In this document: positions 53,459-64,000 of the stretch, piece by piece
How the letters are laid out: every line of letters starts with the position of its first letter
Position numbering within the stretch: position 1 is the stretch's first letter
DNA from: Epithemia pelagica
Lineage: Eukaryota; Protista; Bacillariophyta
Length of the DNA: 64,000 nt
Assembly: GCA_946965045.2 (NCBI GenBank)
Contig: OX337232.1
Location: 1,302,001 to 1,366,000 of the forward strand
Reading direction: 5' to 3'
Notes under the pieces: generated by a model
Database searches by the model: none
Seen by the model: the letters and a program-made list of their open reading frames with translations, nothing else
What the model was told of the DNA's origin: nothing
Position numbers and translations under genes: made by a program

Positions 53459-55726
53459 ATGTTGATGCCGATCAGTAAAATGGGAGGGAACAAATGGAGG
53501 TCTTTCAGAAGAAAGCTCAACGACAAAGTTGTTTTGGTGATATTTCTTGCGGCTGTATGTTCCTTTCTTGCAACGGCCATGTATCTGTCATTTGCGGTGG
53601 GAAAGTTACCAACAAAAAGTTCGAGGAAACTAGAAGTTTCTGATATATCAGAAAAATCACTTCATCGGCGCACATCTATGATTCCAGCAACAAGGAAGAG
53701 CAAGATTGGAAGAAAGAGCCCATCAGAGAATGAACAGCATGCAGAGATGGTCTCGATGAAAAGAAACGAGGAAACACAATCCGTCCAGTCGAAACCTGAG
53801 AGTCCTTCAGGCAATCGACAGTCAGTGGAGGTAACCCCGCCGGAAAGACAGGAGGAAACGCAGCTTGAATCAAAGATTCAACAAGGCAATCGACAGCCAG
53901 AGAAGACAACCTCGGATTCGAAGTCCGCCCAGCCTCAATCTAAGAGTCTACCAGATAATCGACAGCCGATTGAAGAAACCTCACTGAAGAAACAAGAGGC
54001 AAAAGAGCGTGAACAGAAGAGTCCACCAAACAAACGACAGCCAGTGGAGCACGCCTCATTGGAAAGGAAAGAGGAAACACAGTCCGCCCATTTTGAAAAG
54101 GACGAAAGCAACGTACATGACACGCCCACCGATACTTCATCAATTGCCGGTTTGTCGTGTAATGATCATGGAGGGCCGTCCAATCGTATGGCTGAGGAAA
54201 TGGTGTACTGGCAAGATATTCCTTCCGACAATCTCAATGTGTTTCCCTTTCGTCAGAGCACCAGTGAGAAATACTTGACATTTGAACCAGATATGGGTGG
54301 ATTCAACAATGTGCGAATGGCTATGGAAACAGTTCTAGCCTTGGCGTTTGCCATGGGACGGACGTTGGTGTTGCCTCCGACTCAATCAATCTATTTGCTG
54401 AACGAGAAGCAACGCGATGGCGGAGAGCAAAATGGCCAGCCACCACAATTTTCCTTCATCAAGTTCTTTGATTTACAATCCATTGCCGCGGAAAACGAGG
54501 GACTGGAAATAATCACCACGGAGGAATTCCTTCAACGACAAGTACGTAAAGCAGCCGATGGCAGCAACGCTGGAGACAAGGCTGTTCCACGTCAGCTTTG
54601 GGCAGAAAGTAATCGTACCAACTGGGATGGTCAACACAAGGAATGGTTCCAGATGGTTCGGAAGAACGCCAAGAATCTGATTTGGGATCCACACCAATGC
54701 ATTGCCTACTTCCCAGCTTCTCCACAACAGGACATTCGAGAGGTGGAAAATCGGTACCAGGAAATTGTCAACAAGACGACACACCGGGCAAAAGAATCGG
54801 GATTTGACAAGTCAGAGGCATGGAGGCTCTTTGTAGAGAAACCACAACCTCTCAATGCATCCGAATCAGATCGCATGGAGGAATTTTATGCCGACCGTCA
54901 AACACTTTGCTTATACGATTCCCAGCTGCAAGCAGAACCGCTCCTTCACTTCCCCCTCACTAAGGTCGAGGGACAGAATGAAGTGGGCCGCGAAAAGTGG
55001 GACCCTCGACTCCTGGTGCATTTTTATGCATTCTTGTTCTTTGCGGATTATCATCAAGACTTGTGGATGAAACGATTTGTCCGTGATCATGTGCGATACA
55101 CGGATGAGATACAATGTGCCGCCGCACGGGTCGTGGCCGAGCTCCGTCATCATATTCGTGCCGTTCATGGTCGAACCAATGGAAGGTTTCATTCGATGCA
55201 TGTGCGACGAGGTGACTTTCAATTTGTGGAAGCACATGTTTCCGCCGAAGAATTATTGAATCGAACACAAAGCCAGTTCCGCAAGGGTGACATTGTCTAT
55301 GTCGCGACCGATGAACGTGACAAGTCATTTTTCAAGCCGCTTCAAGATCATTACATTCTATATTTCCTCGATGACTTCATTTTGTCGACACAGAAGAGGG
55401 AAACTGGTGTCACGCCCGTTCTCGGCCAAGAAGTGGATTCAAACTTTTATGGCATGATTGATCAACTTGTTGCATCAAGGGGAGAAGTGTTTTTTGGGTG
55501 TTGGTTTAGTACCTTCACCGCGTACATTAACCGCTTGCGGGGGTACCACTCTCAGAAGAACAGAGAACCAGGATACGAAGATGGTAAACTCATGACATCT
55601 TTCTATTATACACCGGTTGACCGTTTGGATCATATGCTGAGGTACTTCCCCATCAAACAATCGTTTTACGCACGAGAGTTTCCGACAGCATGGCGAATGA
55701 TTGACTACGATGTAGCCGAAAAGTAG
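53459..55726 (+). CDS. GDP-fucose O-fucosyltransferase family protein; paralog C
   Basis: FEPDMGGFNNVRMAMET, HVRRGDF, YVATDE and DQLVASRG...WFSTFTAYINRLRG, with an N-terminal TM. Confidence 0.88.
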   Translation: MLMPISKMGGNKWRSFRRKLNDKVVLVIFLAAVCSFLATAMYLSFAVGKLPTKSSRKLEVSDISEKSLHRRTSMIPATRKSKIGRKSPSENEQHAEMVSMKRNEETQSVQSKPESPSGNRQSVEVTPPERQEETQLESKIQQGNRQPEKTTSDSKSAQPQSKSLPDNRQPIEETSLKKQEAKEREQKSPPNKRQPVEHASLERKEETQSAHFEKDESNVHDTPTDTSSIAGLSCNDHGGPSNRMAEEMVYWQDIPSDNLNVFPFRQSTSEKYLTFEPDMGGFNNVRMAMETVLALAFAMGRTLVLPPTQSIYLLNEKQRDGGEQNGQPPQFSFIKFFDLQSIAAENEGLEIITTEEFLQRQVRKAADGSNAGDKAVPRQLWAESNRTNWDGQHKEWFQMVRKNAKNLIWDPHQCIAYFPASPQQDIREVENRYQEIVNKTTHRAKESGFDKSEAWRLFVEKPQPLNASESDRMEEFYADRQTLCLYDSQLQAEPLLHFPLTKVEGQNEVGREKWDPRLLVHFYAFLFFADYHQDLWMKRFVRDHVRYTDEIQCAAARVVAELRHHIRAVHGRTNGRFHSMHVRRGDFQFVEAHVSAEELLNRTQSQFRKGDIVYVATDERDKSFFKPLQDHYILYFLDDFILSTQKRETGVTPVLGQEVDSNFYGMIDQLVASRGEVFFGCWFSTFTAYINRLRGYHSQKNREPGYEDGKLMTSFYYTPVDRLDHMLRYFPIKQSFYAREFPTAWRMIDYDVAEK

Positions 55727-55961
55727 ATTAATTAAAACTCAATGTTATCGTCTTAGATCGCACACTTAGAGAGAAAAAGTTTCGAATTTCAGGTCAGACA
55801 TGTTGTCATCATAAATTTTCAAAATGTCCATGTACTCCCAAGAATTCATTTGATTGAATGTAAGATGAAATTAAAAAATGGGAGTCAACATCTGGGTGGA
55901 AAGGTTGACCACAAAAGCGGACAATGGCCAAGGTTTTCCGTTGTCCGTCAAAAAGGATTCT

Positions 55962-56636
55962 TCATGCTGCGTGAGCAGCCACACGACCAAAACTATTGAA
56001 AAAAGCGTTGATCGAGAAAAAATGGTCAGCACATAACATGTCCTTGTCCTTTGCAAAATTAATGATAGTTTTGAGAGTTCGATTCCATTGACCAGCATGT
56101 TCTAGGTTGGCAAGCTCGTTGTTGCAATGTGTTGCGTTGGTACAAACGGCCATAAGGACTTTGAGCACAGGGTCGCATGGCGCTGGTGCACTTTTGGATG
56201 TCAAGGAAATGGCCTGTTCGTAAAAGGAAAGAGCTTTTTGAACCAAAAAGGTGTGTGTCTTGCTTTCCTCCCATTGCAGATGGAAACAAAGACCAAGATT
56301 GAACAAACAGGTGATGGCACTGCTGTTATACTGTTCGCTTGTCAAGCCGACCTCATCTGGATGAGCTTGCTCTGAAAACTCAAAATGAAACGGACAGGAG
56401 TAAAAATCGCTTTTGGCGACATCCGTGCATGTATCATCCTCCTCCAAGGCGTATACGGTAACGAAACGGTCTAAAACACCGGCATCGCGATTGCACCCGT
56501 CAATGGGAGTAGGCTGAAGGGAGCAACCTGAAAGTAGGGTGATGGCATGGCAAAAGACCTCCGCTGCCTCTTCATAGTCACCACCATCAATGAGGTACAC
56601 ACCCAGGTGGTTTAGAGCTTGGATTTCTCCCAACAT
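55962..56636 (-). CDS. Small TPR-like helical protein of a diatom-type family, 224 aa
   Basis: ALNHLGVYLIDGGDYEEAAEVFCHAI and CLFNLGLCFHLQ...ALSFYEQA are TPR-like helices. Confidence 0.65.
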   Translation of the reverse strand: MLGEIQALNHLGVYLIDGGDYEEAAEVFCHAITLLSGCSLQPTPIDGCNRDAGVLDRFVTVYALEEDDTCTDVAKSDFYSCPFHFEFSEQAHPDEVGLTSEQYNSSAITCLFNLGLCFHLQWEESKTHTFLVQKALSFYEQAISLTSKSAPAPCDPVLKVLMAVCTNATHCNNELANLEHAGQWNRTLKTIINFAKDKDMLCADHFFSINAFFNSFGRVAAHAA

Positions 56637-57611
56637 TTCGTTGCGCCGTTACACTCCCCTCTTTTTATGATGAAGACGCCCGCTCTCGAAGGAGATCTGT
56701 TCTTCTGGCACTTTCACGAGAGCGATTGCGTTTATGTTATAGACGGCAGTATCCGGTATTCCCGTAATCCGTAAAGGTACGTTCCCTTTGACTCTGACTC
56801 TACTCGTAACAACTACTCCTACGAATACTCGTAGTGTGATGTATGCATTGGGACCATACAAGGTGGGAGTACGGATATGGTAAAAGGCGGTATGCAATTT
56901 GACCCAACCGCCGGACCCGGAGGCGGCCAGACGAAAGGATCAACGCGTGATTGTGAGGGGTGATCCTAACGGAGCGCGATATCAATGGTTTTCGAGTGCT
57001 ACGTCAGGCCTCGTAGGCAAGATCGTCATAATATGATACTCCGTTAGGATCAGCCCTGAGACATGTGATCTTGATAATTGATAGAGAGATTGAGAATTGA
57101 GATGCGAGTATGTGATCCCGCAAAGACAAGAGCAGATAACAGTATAGTGAAGTCGCCGCTTCAGGACTAGGTAGACACACGCAACGCGTAACAACAGACA
57201 CATGACAGAGGTTGCGGTTCCGATAACATCTATTCATTCTCTGTTGGTCTTATTCCATGATCTCCGACCACCAAACGGGATATGGAGAAAGATTTTCCAT
57301 GCAACATAACATAATCATGCGAAAAGGAACTTGCTCGAAACCTCGATCAATCTACTCCTAGAACACATATGAGTCTTCCGACGGTAAGTCGATATCCTAT
57401 GTAGGAGTAGCTGCTACTCCACTTGTCAATAAATCCCTGCCCTCAAAAGTGATGCTATACCAACTGGTATTCACAACCAAGTCTCTTCTCCAGTGGGATA
57501 CACTCAGGTCATCGTGACTGACAGCGTATGCTAAGATAAACTGTTAACGTTTACTCCTTACGTCGTCGCCAAGCTGCACGCTACTGGAAGTAAACAGGTA
57601 GGTCGAGAATG

Positions 57612-58656
57612 CTAATCGTATTGCGGAATTCCCAACAACCAACGAACTAGCCGATCACAAAGATTGGATTCCCGTCGTTGTGGTCCATCTCTTGTTACCA
57701 GCAAAATGTCATTTTCCGTCAGACCAGCTTTTGGGTATCGTTCCGTTTCTCCTTCAGCTGATTTCAATGGTGCTGGTTTGGTACCATTTTCGTTTTGTCT
57801 CTGACCCCAGAGGTCGGCCCCGTTTTGAATATGTGGATTATTCTTCCTATGAAGTTGGATTGCATCGTCATCGGCCAGTGGTTTGACGCCGCAATAAATG
57901 TCATTGCTGAGTTCAATTACAGAGTGACAGAGAGCTTTCTTGGCCTCCAGCTCACTCGCATACTGGATGGCGATCCAATTGGAATGACCGGGTCGACACA
58001 AACCACAATGATCCACAACGTGTCCATACAGAGAGAAGTGCTGTAGCAACTCCTGGTACTGTTCTGCGGTTGCATAGCCAAACCCAAGGACCCAGCAGTT
58101 GTGGGCAGTGGGGACGAGACTTCGCTCCGTGGTTGAGACCAGCTCTCGGCTCGTCGATGAACTCGCAACGGGTGTTGACTGAAAAAAGAATGAGATACCA
58201 TGCGACAAAAGATTCCTCCGGAACACAGAATTTACGACTTACAATACTTCTGTTCGGGGGTCTGTACGCAGCATTGGAAGACACAACTCCAAGGGGTCCC
58301 TCCAGGGCGGTCCCAAGGCTTATACTTGCACGAGGTGGAGGGGGAATTGCCCCATGGAATGATTTGGTACTGGTCCCATTATTTAATACAGAGGGATTGA
58401 TTTGCACATTTTCCTTGTCCTCTCGAAATATTACAGAAGGAGAAGGTCGACGATGCCGAAGCTCGTTGTTGTTGTACGTCGTTGAAATGATATCTTTTGT
58501 GGAAGTGGTCACAATGGAAGGTGGATCGCGACCCAACAAAGGGTTATCGATCGACTTATTGGAAACGGAAGAAGCTGTTGATTCCTTCCGTTCATTCAAC
58601 CGCTCCGCATGGGGTTCGGTGAAGAAATAGTTTGAAGCACTAGTTGCCGATGCCAT
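57612..58656 (-). CDS. NUP35: Nup35/Nup53 nucleoporin (MPPN RRM), 2 exons (58656-58243, 58178-57612), 326 aa
   Basis: WVLGFGY...LLQHFSLYG...SNWIAIQYASELEAKKALC is the Nup53-type RRM. The 64-bp GTAAGT...TTCAG intron joins the ORFs in frame, and the C-terminus ends in an amphipathic helix (LCDRLVRWLLG). Confidence 0.85.
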
Positions 58657-59521
58657 GGTGGTGGATTATGAAGAGACAGGAGACGGAGACAGCATGAACT
58701 GCGAGGACAGCATGTGTCACGCCGACGCCACGAGCGTGACCAAAAGCGCGCGGGGTCACGGGGTGGCTGGCTCCCTACCACTTCCTCAAGTCGGACTCGG
58801 AAATGGCCATGGCGTGAAACGCGAACGCAGCACTGTCTGTTGTGATTGTGGGCCTTCACCATGATGACACTCTGACAAGAGAAAGAATCACCGAGATCCG
58901 AGAGTAATGGTGTTCAGTGTTTAGAATTCAGAACTTTTATCAATCACATTGCTTCCTGTCGCTTCGACAAGGTTCGAGGGCCGTTTCCATCACAAGAATC
59001 GATGAACACCCGAAAAATATCGTTCGGTTCAACTCACCAAGAGGAAATACGAATTTTGAAACGCGAACCCGCAGAGCCCGAAGATTTGAGATCTGATGGT
59101 TCTGGTTGCATTCCATTTCAGTTCTTGCATGTGACAGCAACTGGTAGAGAGCATGACTATTCTGGAGACTGAGGGATGTTCAATCATTTGTCGATACAAC
59201 AATCAACAATCCGTCGCTTTGATTGCAGCCAGTTACATTATTTTCCCTACCATGTGTCATTCTCTGAACTTCTCCTCTTCTATTCGCCTTTCAACACTTC
59301 TGTGAACCAGGAACCAGGAGCAAAAAGAATTCTTTGACAACCAGCTATCACCTCGATCAAAACTGTCATTGTTTCTTCTCCTCATAATGTGGGCACAATA
59401 GTGCAAGTGAACCGGTAATGAACAAGGTAGGTCTGCCAAGCCGATCAATATTGGACAATGGATTCTCTTAAACCAAGGAGCCATTCTGCCGCCTCACATA
59501 AAATGGTTTCCTTTTTTTCAG

Positions 59522-60710
59522 ATGACAGCCACACGCATCGCCACTGCCGTTTCTGTGCTCCTACTTGTATTGGGAGCGGCCAACTGTTTCCAGGTACGAT
59601 CATCACAATACAACTGCCGCGATTCACGTAGTCAAGTGATTGCTCTTCAGGCCGTGGATTTCACAAAAGCCTTTGAGCAGGAGAACGAGGGAAATCCCTC
59701 CAGTGACCCACTGTCCTTATGTGGCAAGTCGGAGAAGAAAGATAAATATTGGTTCGATCAACGAATTCATACTGTGGGCAATATTGGTATAGGTGGGGGA
59801 TTCCACGCCTGGATCGCCCCTTTTGCGACGAGGCAAATTGATAGGTTGGCCTATGGTGGCCTGAACTTGAGATTGGAGGTAAGCCGTTCGATGCGTGGAT
59901 TCTACAGTGATGATCTGGTTAGCTGCTGTCCCTTCTCTCTTCTATGTTTGCATGATGGTTGAGTCGTTGCCCCGTGCTAGACCAGATGACTTACGAACTT
60001 TCTTCCTTGCTTGTTGGTTTGTGCATTCACTCAACCAAACGAAGGCTGCAAAGGAATTAAACCAGACACTTCACGCCGAGAAGGCTCGTGTATTGGATAT
60101 GTGCTGTGGTGTTGGAATGTCGACCCGTGCCCTGGGTGAAGCTTTTCCAGATGCCATTGAACTTGTCGGTTTGGACACTTCTCCGCAAATGATAGCCATG
60201 GCTAACTTTATTGAGAGCCATTTCAACTTGTGGAAGTCCCTCTTCGACAGTTTTCGTAAAGGTCTAGACCACGGGGTTTCTCTTTCGTGGGGCCATTGGC
60301 AAGGATGTTGGAAAGATCTTATGAAACAAGCCAAACCGTCATCCACCTGTGGCTTGTTTCAAGATTTGCGATTTGTAAAAGCGAATGCGCAAGACACCAA
60401 GATGCCATCCATGTCATATGATTTGGTTACTATTATGTACGCCTTTCACGAAACGCCTCATCACGGCCGTTGCAGTATTTTGCAGGAAGCCCGACGAGTG
60501 TTGTCACCCGGTGGTCTTTTGGCCATTGTTGATATATCAACCGACTACGTCCCTTCGCATTCAATGCTATCTGGGGAGCCGTTTGTTTTGGAGTATCAGC
60601 AAAATATCGACAGTCAACTTCGAGCTACAGACGGCTTCTCACTTGAAGAATGTAAGACCATGGTTCCTGGACACGTCAGTATGTGGACGCTTCGGCGACA
60701 AGAAAACTAG
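59522..60710 (+). CDS. Class I SAM-dependent methyltransferase (UbiE/Methyltransf_11-like), probably plastid-targeted; 2 exons (59522-59878, 60045-60710)
   Basis: Leader ...LGAANC|FQV. Motif I VLDMCCGVG, LVGLDTSPQM, KANAQDT, YDLV and ILQEARRVLSPGG are present. The intron is GTAAGC...AAG. Confidence 0.85.
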
Positions 60711-61004
60711 AATGTTTCGTTGTGTGTACAGAGAAGATGAAGAGAGACAGCCAAATCGAATTTCGGATAAAACCATCGAAATTGGGCATGTGTTGCGAAA
60801 TGAAAGACTGTTAATAGCGCGTTTGGTAACTGTCGAAAGATCTAGGTAGGATCAACTTGTTTCTTTACAGAAAAGTAAATCATTTCTTTCTGGGGTAGAT
60901 TCGGAGAAAGGATGAAAAATTAGAACGAAGAGAGCGACTTCGGACATCGGGTCAATGTTCTTCTACAGGAGTGCTTATAGAATCAACCCTTGTTCAATCG
61001 TTTT

Positions 61005-64000
61005 TCACGAACAAAGTTTATTGCTGGTAAAGTACTTTCGTCGCAACAAAAGGAGTGCATACTCGGCGATCACGGCGCCCAAGTAAATGACTGTCAGAAC
61101 ATTAAGTGCTTGGCGGGCATCGGTGTAGGGCCAATAACCCGACTGAGTTGCCAAGACATTTCCATTCCACTGCAAGCACGTGGCAAAACTACCACATGCT
61201 TTCTTGCTGTTGTGTTCAAATTGATCGGACAATACTCCAGCCGATGCCCAAAAGGTAAAAGACAATCGATACAACCACCTAATGCTTTCGGGAGCGTCGC
61301 GGGGCGTCGAAACAAAACCCGAGAAACAAAGATTGAGAAAGATGAACACCAGGTAGATTCGGTAAAACACGTGATGGCCATTCAGAGCCACTGACAAACA
61401 ACGTCCCATGCTCAACATACACAGCAAATACACGCATGTAAAGACGACTTGATTCGGAAAAGAGGACCAGTCCCAGTCCAAAATAACATAGGCAATGACC
61501 AAGGCCACAAATGTGGACAAGAGCGCAATGGAAAAACTGTATAGATGCGTCGCCATTTGATAGGACGCAGCAGAGATTCTTCTATCCTGCAACTCGTATC
61601 GATGTGCAAGCCAAATGCGGTTGCTCTGAAGAACATGATGTTGCAACAACAAAATAGGCACCAGCAATAACATCCAACATGCAAGCGTGAGAGTTCTGGG
61701 CGATTTTGCCGCCAAGGTTACAAAATAGGCCACAATTGCGAAAGCAAGCGGAATGACAAGGAAATCCCACACGTTGGATCCGTATGCCATGACGAGTCGC
61801 TCGCTCGTGGGCGATATCTGAGAGAATGGGTTTTTGCGGGGTAGCGATAAGGCCTGTTTGTCTCTCTTTGACCCGGTCGAAACATAGCATTCTTCTTCAT
61901 TCTGGTACGTAGATTCTTGTTTTGGACTGCATGTGTGACGATTTGTTTGGAAAGAATCACTGGTGTCCTGATGCACAAAAGTGCGTACACACTCCTCCAA
62001 AGTTTCCGATTCATCATTATTCAGCATATTCTGGAGGATAAGTCGATCTTCATCGAGAATTACCTTGCCTTGCCGAAGTACTGTCAATCGATCGATATGG
62101 TGCAACAGTAGAGGTTCTCGAAGGGACACTAAAATAACCAGGTTCGGATGCGTCTTAGTCAGATTGCTGCTTAGCCAGTGTAACAGATACGCACTCATTT
62201 CTGGAGACATATCATGAAAGGGCTGTATTCAAACAAGGAATAAAACCAATGTGAGCTGATGGTAGTTCCCCAAAGCAATGCATTTTCAAGAATGCTTTTT
62301 CGTACCTCATCCAAAAGCACTACAGATGGATCGGTCAACAAGGAAGCCGCAATGGCAAGGATGCGACGTTGACCATGTGTGAGACTGCCAATCTTGCTTG
62401 TATAAACTTCGGGTTCATACACATCGGTAGTCACGAGCGGGCTCTGATCTGGATGAAACATTCTTCTTGCTACAAACGCTTTGGATTCTTTGTTGCCGGA
62501 AGTGGAGTTATGATCGGCCGATGCAGGGAATGTTTCACTTCTTTCATTCATACTCGGTAGATCATTGTTCGGTGAAGAAGCGTTGCTGGTAGGATTGTCT
62601 GCTTCACTGCCGTCTTCGGACTGGACATCATCTTTCTCTTCCTCCTCAGTTCGTGGTCCGTTTTGTTTGCTACCATGAACCAAAGATGACAATCCTTTGG
62701 AGTGGGGAGAATCGTCCTTCTGGATGAAGCCATCCGCTTCATGTGGATTCCAAGCGCTATACGCTGACCGTACCATGTCCTGAACCTGTGTTGTCAGTGC
62801 CTTTCCCGCTCCATACAAATTGGCACAAACTTCCAAATACAAGGCCGGTGTTAGGGTGTCTACGGCAACCCTATCGTCTTGTCGCATGTACGTGACCCGC
62901 TCATAGAGGTCATTGTTGTGTGGTGCAGCCAAGATGGAACGTGTTCCATCGAGACGCATTCGAGGGGGAAGCTGTCCAGCAATGACCGACATCTTTCAAA
63001 GAAACAAAGCAGCAGGACACTGTGAGAGCTCCTGTTTTCTTTCACTTTGAAGCACGCATACACACATACCAGAGTGGACTTTCCCGATCCCGACGGTCCG
63101 ATCAAGCCATGAATCCTTCCCGGTGCTAACTCCAGATGAACATCGTCCAGAATGACATTGGACTTGGTTGTTTCTCGTTTCCAGCAACTACAAAGGGCAT
63201 TCGTTCGGAGAATTACGCTAACGTGAGAAAGTTTTACTCTTCGGCCCATTTCGTTGTCCTTTGGAGCGTTCGATGCGGTGTCCTCCACCAGCATCGCACC
63301 CTCGGTTTTTTGTTCGGTCTGGTCCTTATTTCCCGCTGAAGTACTGGGAGACTTGGGAGAGTGTGATTCGTTTGATGGTTGCAATACAAATGCGCAGACC
63401 TCTTCCTCCACGGTTCTGCTCTCTGTGCTTTTTCTTTCGCCGTGGTCGTCTTCATGCTCCAACATGCTAGATGAAGGGAGTTCCGTTCCCGAGTTCCCTC
63501 GACCTGGATCGGGATGGTCATTTTTATTGTTGTGTGGGGAGGTTCCACGACAAAAACGGAGGCGAATCACCATCGTCCTCCCTTGAAACCACAGTCCGGT
63601 GATCACAAACAACCCTAGGAAAGCCAACCACAAAATTTGCAAAACGGGGTTCACCTCGGCGTACGTCGAGTCCACCTCAAGCATGGCCTGACAGGTACGG
63701 GACAGGGTTTGATTATTGTCATTGCCCAGGGAGGAGGGATCGAGACAATTGGGACCAACACACTGGTCCACAACGAGTCCAACCTTTTGATTATTTCCTC
63801 TCCCGAGCAACGACGAGACACCGTCTTGGACAAAGAGTCCAATATAGTCACGAATGACTTTTTGCCCTGCACTGTGGCAAATTCCCAAACGTCCTGGTCG
63901 TACCAAAGAGTTGCTCCCAACTCGTACAAGAAGGGAACGGCAATGCCATATTCACCATCGGCCAAGTCACCCTGACTGCGGCAACGAATCTCAAACATAT
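61005..64000 (-). CDS. ABCG-type (NBD-TMD) half transporter, 5'-partial; exons include ...-63070, 62992-62306, 62222-61005
   Basis: Walker A GPSGSGKSTL, Q-loop YMRQDD and Walker B VVLLDE|P are joined across GT-AG introns 62993-63069 and 62223-62305. An ABC2-type 6-TM domain follows. The 5' structure above about 63900 is unresolved. Confidence 0.85.

Noticed and set aside
2692-58656. Two nucleoporin genes (NUP50, NUP35) in one window as a functional cluster
   Set aside because: They are over 53 kb apart and separated by unrelated genes; consistent with chance in a gene-dense genome.

Overview
Eukaryotic nuclear DNA, most likely from a pennate diatom. This rests on short GT-AG introns, a DUF6824 protein and signal-peptide + Phe bipartite plastid-targeting leaders. 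About 20 host genes were recognised: syntaxin-16, Nup50, NDUFB3-like, Pcc1, PI-PLC X-domain, DUF6824, BRCA2, an acyltransferase-lipocalin fusion, two RING paralogs, three O-fucosyltransferases, a YkoF-like protein, a TPR-like protein, Nup35, a SAM methyltransferase and a 5'-partial ABCG. Two transposon nests interrupt them. (1) A 6152-bp CAC...GTG element (7032-13183, 3-bp TSD) encodes a RAG1/Transib/Chapaev-like transposase. Its bipartite TIR spacers differ by exactly 11 bp, as in 12/23 RSSs. It carries two extra ORFs and sits inside a PIF1-helicase remnant. (2) A 9724-bp TA-flanked IS630-Tc1-mariner element (32299-42022) carries a SET + AT-hook + Fe(II)/2OG-dioxygenase-like fusion gene and two unknown ORFs, next to a 571-bp Stowaway-like mini-element. 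Notable host genes are a plastid-targeted acyltransferase-TM-lipocalin fusion, a signal-peptide-bearing YkoF thiamine/HMP-binding homolog and a BRCA2 with about 15 BRC repeats. All family assignments come from motif recognition by eye; no database searches were run.
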